A DNA stretch of 64,000 bases. Source: Candidatus Adamsella avium. GTDB lineage: Bacteria; Cyanobacteriota; Vampirovibrionia; Gastranaerophilales; CAJFVJ01. Below the pieces are notes generated by a model. The model was given only the letters and a program-made list of their open reading frames with translations. It had not been told where the DNA came from and ran no database searches. Within the stretch, counting starts at the first letter, position 1. Every line of letters starts with the position of its first letter. Both the position numbers and the translations under genes were made by a program. This document shows positions 63,534 to 64,000 of the stretch, piece after piece. The stretch covers positions 193,266-257,265 of the forward strand of contig CAJFVJ010000001.1 in NCBI GenBank assembly GCA_904420445.1, given 5' to 3'.

Positions 63534-64000
63534 TTAAGCCTCTTTTTCTATTGAACTTATTATTACATTAGGATTAATTTTCTTTGTTGCTTTTCCATCC
63601 ATTCCATAGGACGCTGTTTCAGGAGCGGCAACGTTCATAATTGCCTTTATTGATTTTTCAACAATAATTAAAGAGTGTTTAACAAGCGCTGTATTTATTT
63701 CGTTTACTTTTCTTATGTTTTCCACTATTTTTTTCAGTCTTGTCTGTTTATCAGCAAACCTCTTTGACTGAACTGTGTCTATATCTTTTGTTTTTTCTAT
63801 TAAATCCTTAAGAGTTATGTTATTGCAGCCCATATCTTTTGATGTTTTGCGTCTTTTCAGCAAAACTTTTTCCAAATCAGTTGCCTGTTCAATCAATCTG
63901 GTGTCAATTTTTTTCAGTTCTTCTACTTTTGCTTTGACAAGAATTTCTCTTTTATCAATAACGCTTTGTTCTATGTTCGAATAAATTTCTATTTCTTCAT
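63534..64000 (-). CDS. FlgN-like flagellar chaperone (5' end uncertain, frame open to window edge)
   Basis: Small helical K/E/I-rich protein directly upstream of flgK, the usual flgN position. The listed ORF starts at TTG 63896, but the same frame has no stop up to base 64000 (34 more codons: EEIEIYSNIEQSVIDKREILVKAKVEELKKIDTR). Confidence 0.55.
   Translation of the reverse strand, partial: EEIEIYSNIEQSVIDKREILVKAKVEELKKIDTRLIEQATDLEKVLLKRRKTSKDMGCNNITLKDLIEKTKDIDTVQSKRFADKQTRLKKIVENIRKVNEINTALVKHSLIIVEKSIKAIMNVAAPETASYGMDGKATKKINPNVIISSIEKEA

Noticed and set aside
1-64000. CRISPR arrays, transposases, restriction-modification genes, toxin-antitoxin pairs or known multi-gene defence systems
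   Set aside because: Reading both strands, I found no regularly spaced direct repeats and no Cas, transposase, methyltransferase-endonuclease or classic TA gene signatures. The only interspersed repeat is the two-copy MITE-like element.

Overview
Low-GC (AT-rich by eye, not computed), very compact bacterial chromosomal segment with about 60 protein genes, 2 tRNAs, short spacers and many overlapping or abutting gene ends. Most of it is housekeeping. It holds a partial dcw cluster (rsmH-ftsL-ftsI-murE), mutS, shikimate genes (DAHP synthase; aroC-aroK-aroB), apt, ald, coaE, an fmt-like gene, crcB, tdk, ychF, a ROK kinase and holA-holB. It also holds a GlcD/GlcF-like oxidoreductase pair, tsaE-tsaB, gmk-coaBC-nif3, purine nucleoside phosphorylase, pepA, a ycf23-like DUF561 gene, a pseudouridine synthase, an lplA-like/bioF/bioG/bioC operon, and flgN-flgK-flgL at the right edge. 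Signalling genes are over-represented: four GAF/PAS histidine kinases, a CheY-like receiver, a GAF-GGDEF-HD-GYP protein and a PilB/GspE-family pseudo-ATPase. The gene mix (DUF561/ycf23, flagella, type IV pilin-like protein, low GC) fits a non-photosynthetic cyanobacteria-related lineage (Melainabacteria-like), but that is inference only. I recognised no CRISPR array, integrase, transposase, phage gene or known defence system. The observations most worth a second look are: (1) a conserved, non-hydrophobic ~43-aa N-terminal leader shared by otherwise unrelated orphan proteins; (2) one of these, a split-HNH nuclease fused to a ~400-aa coiled coil, sitting in a pocket bracketed by tRNA-Cys and tRNA-Val; (3) a 142-bp MITE-like element present twice in the same gene context; (4) a GC-enriched, helix-rich 187-bp convergent spacer that may encode a structured RNA; (5) a near-consensus sigma-28 (FliA) promoter driving a 118-aa S/G/Y-rich orphan; (6) a histidine kinase (pseudo-receiver, GAF, degenerate GGDEF tail), CheY and MshEN-domain pseudo-ATPase operon. 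All functional readings of the orphans are hypotheses. No database search or computation was possible.
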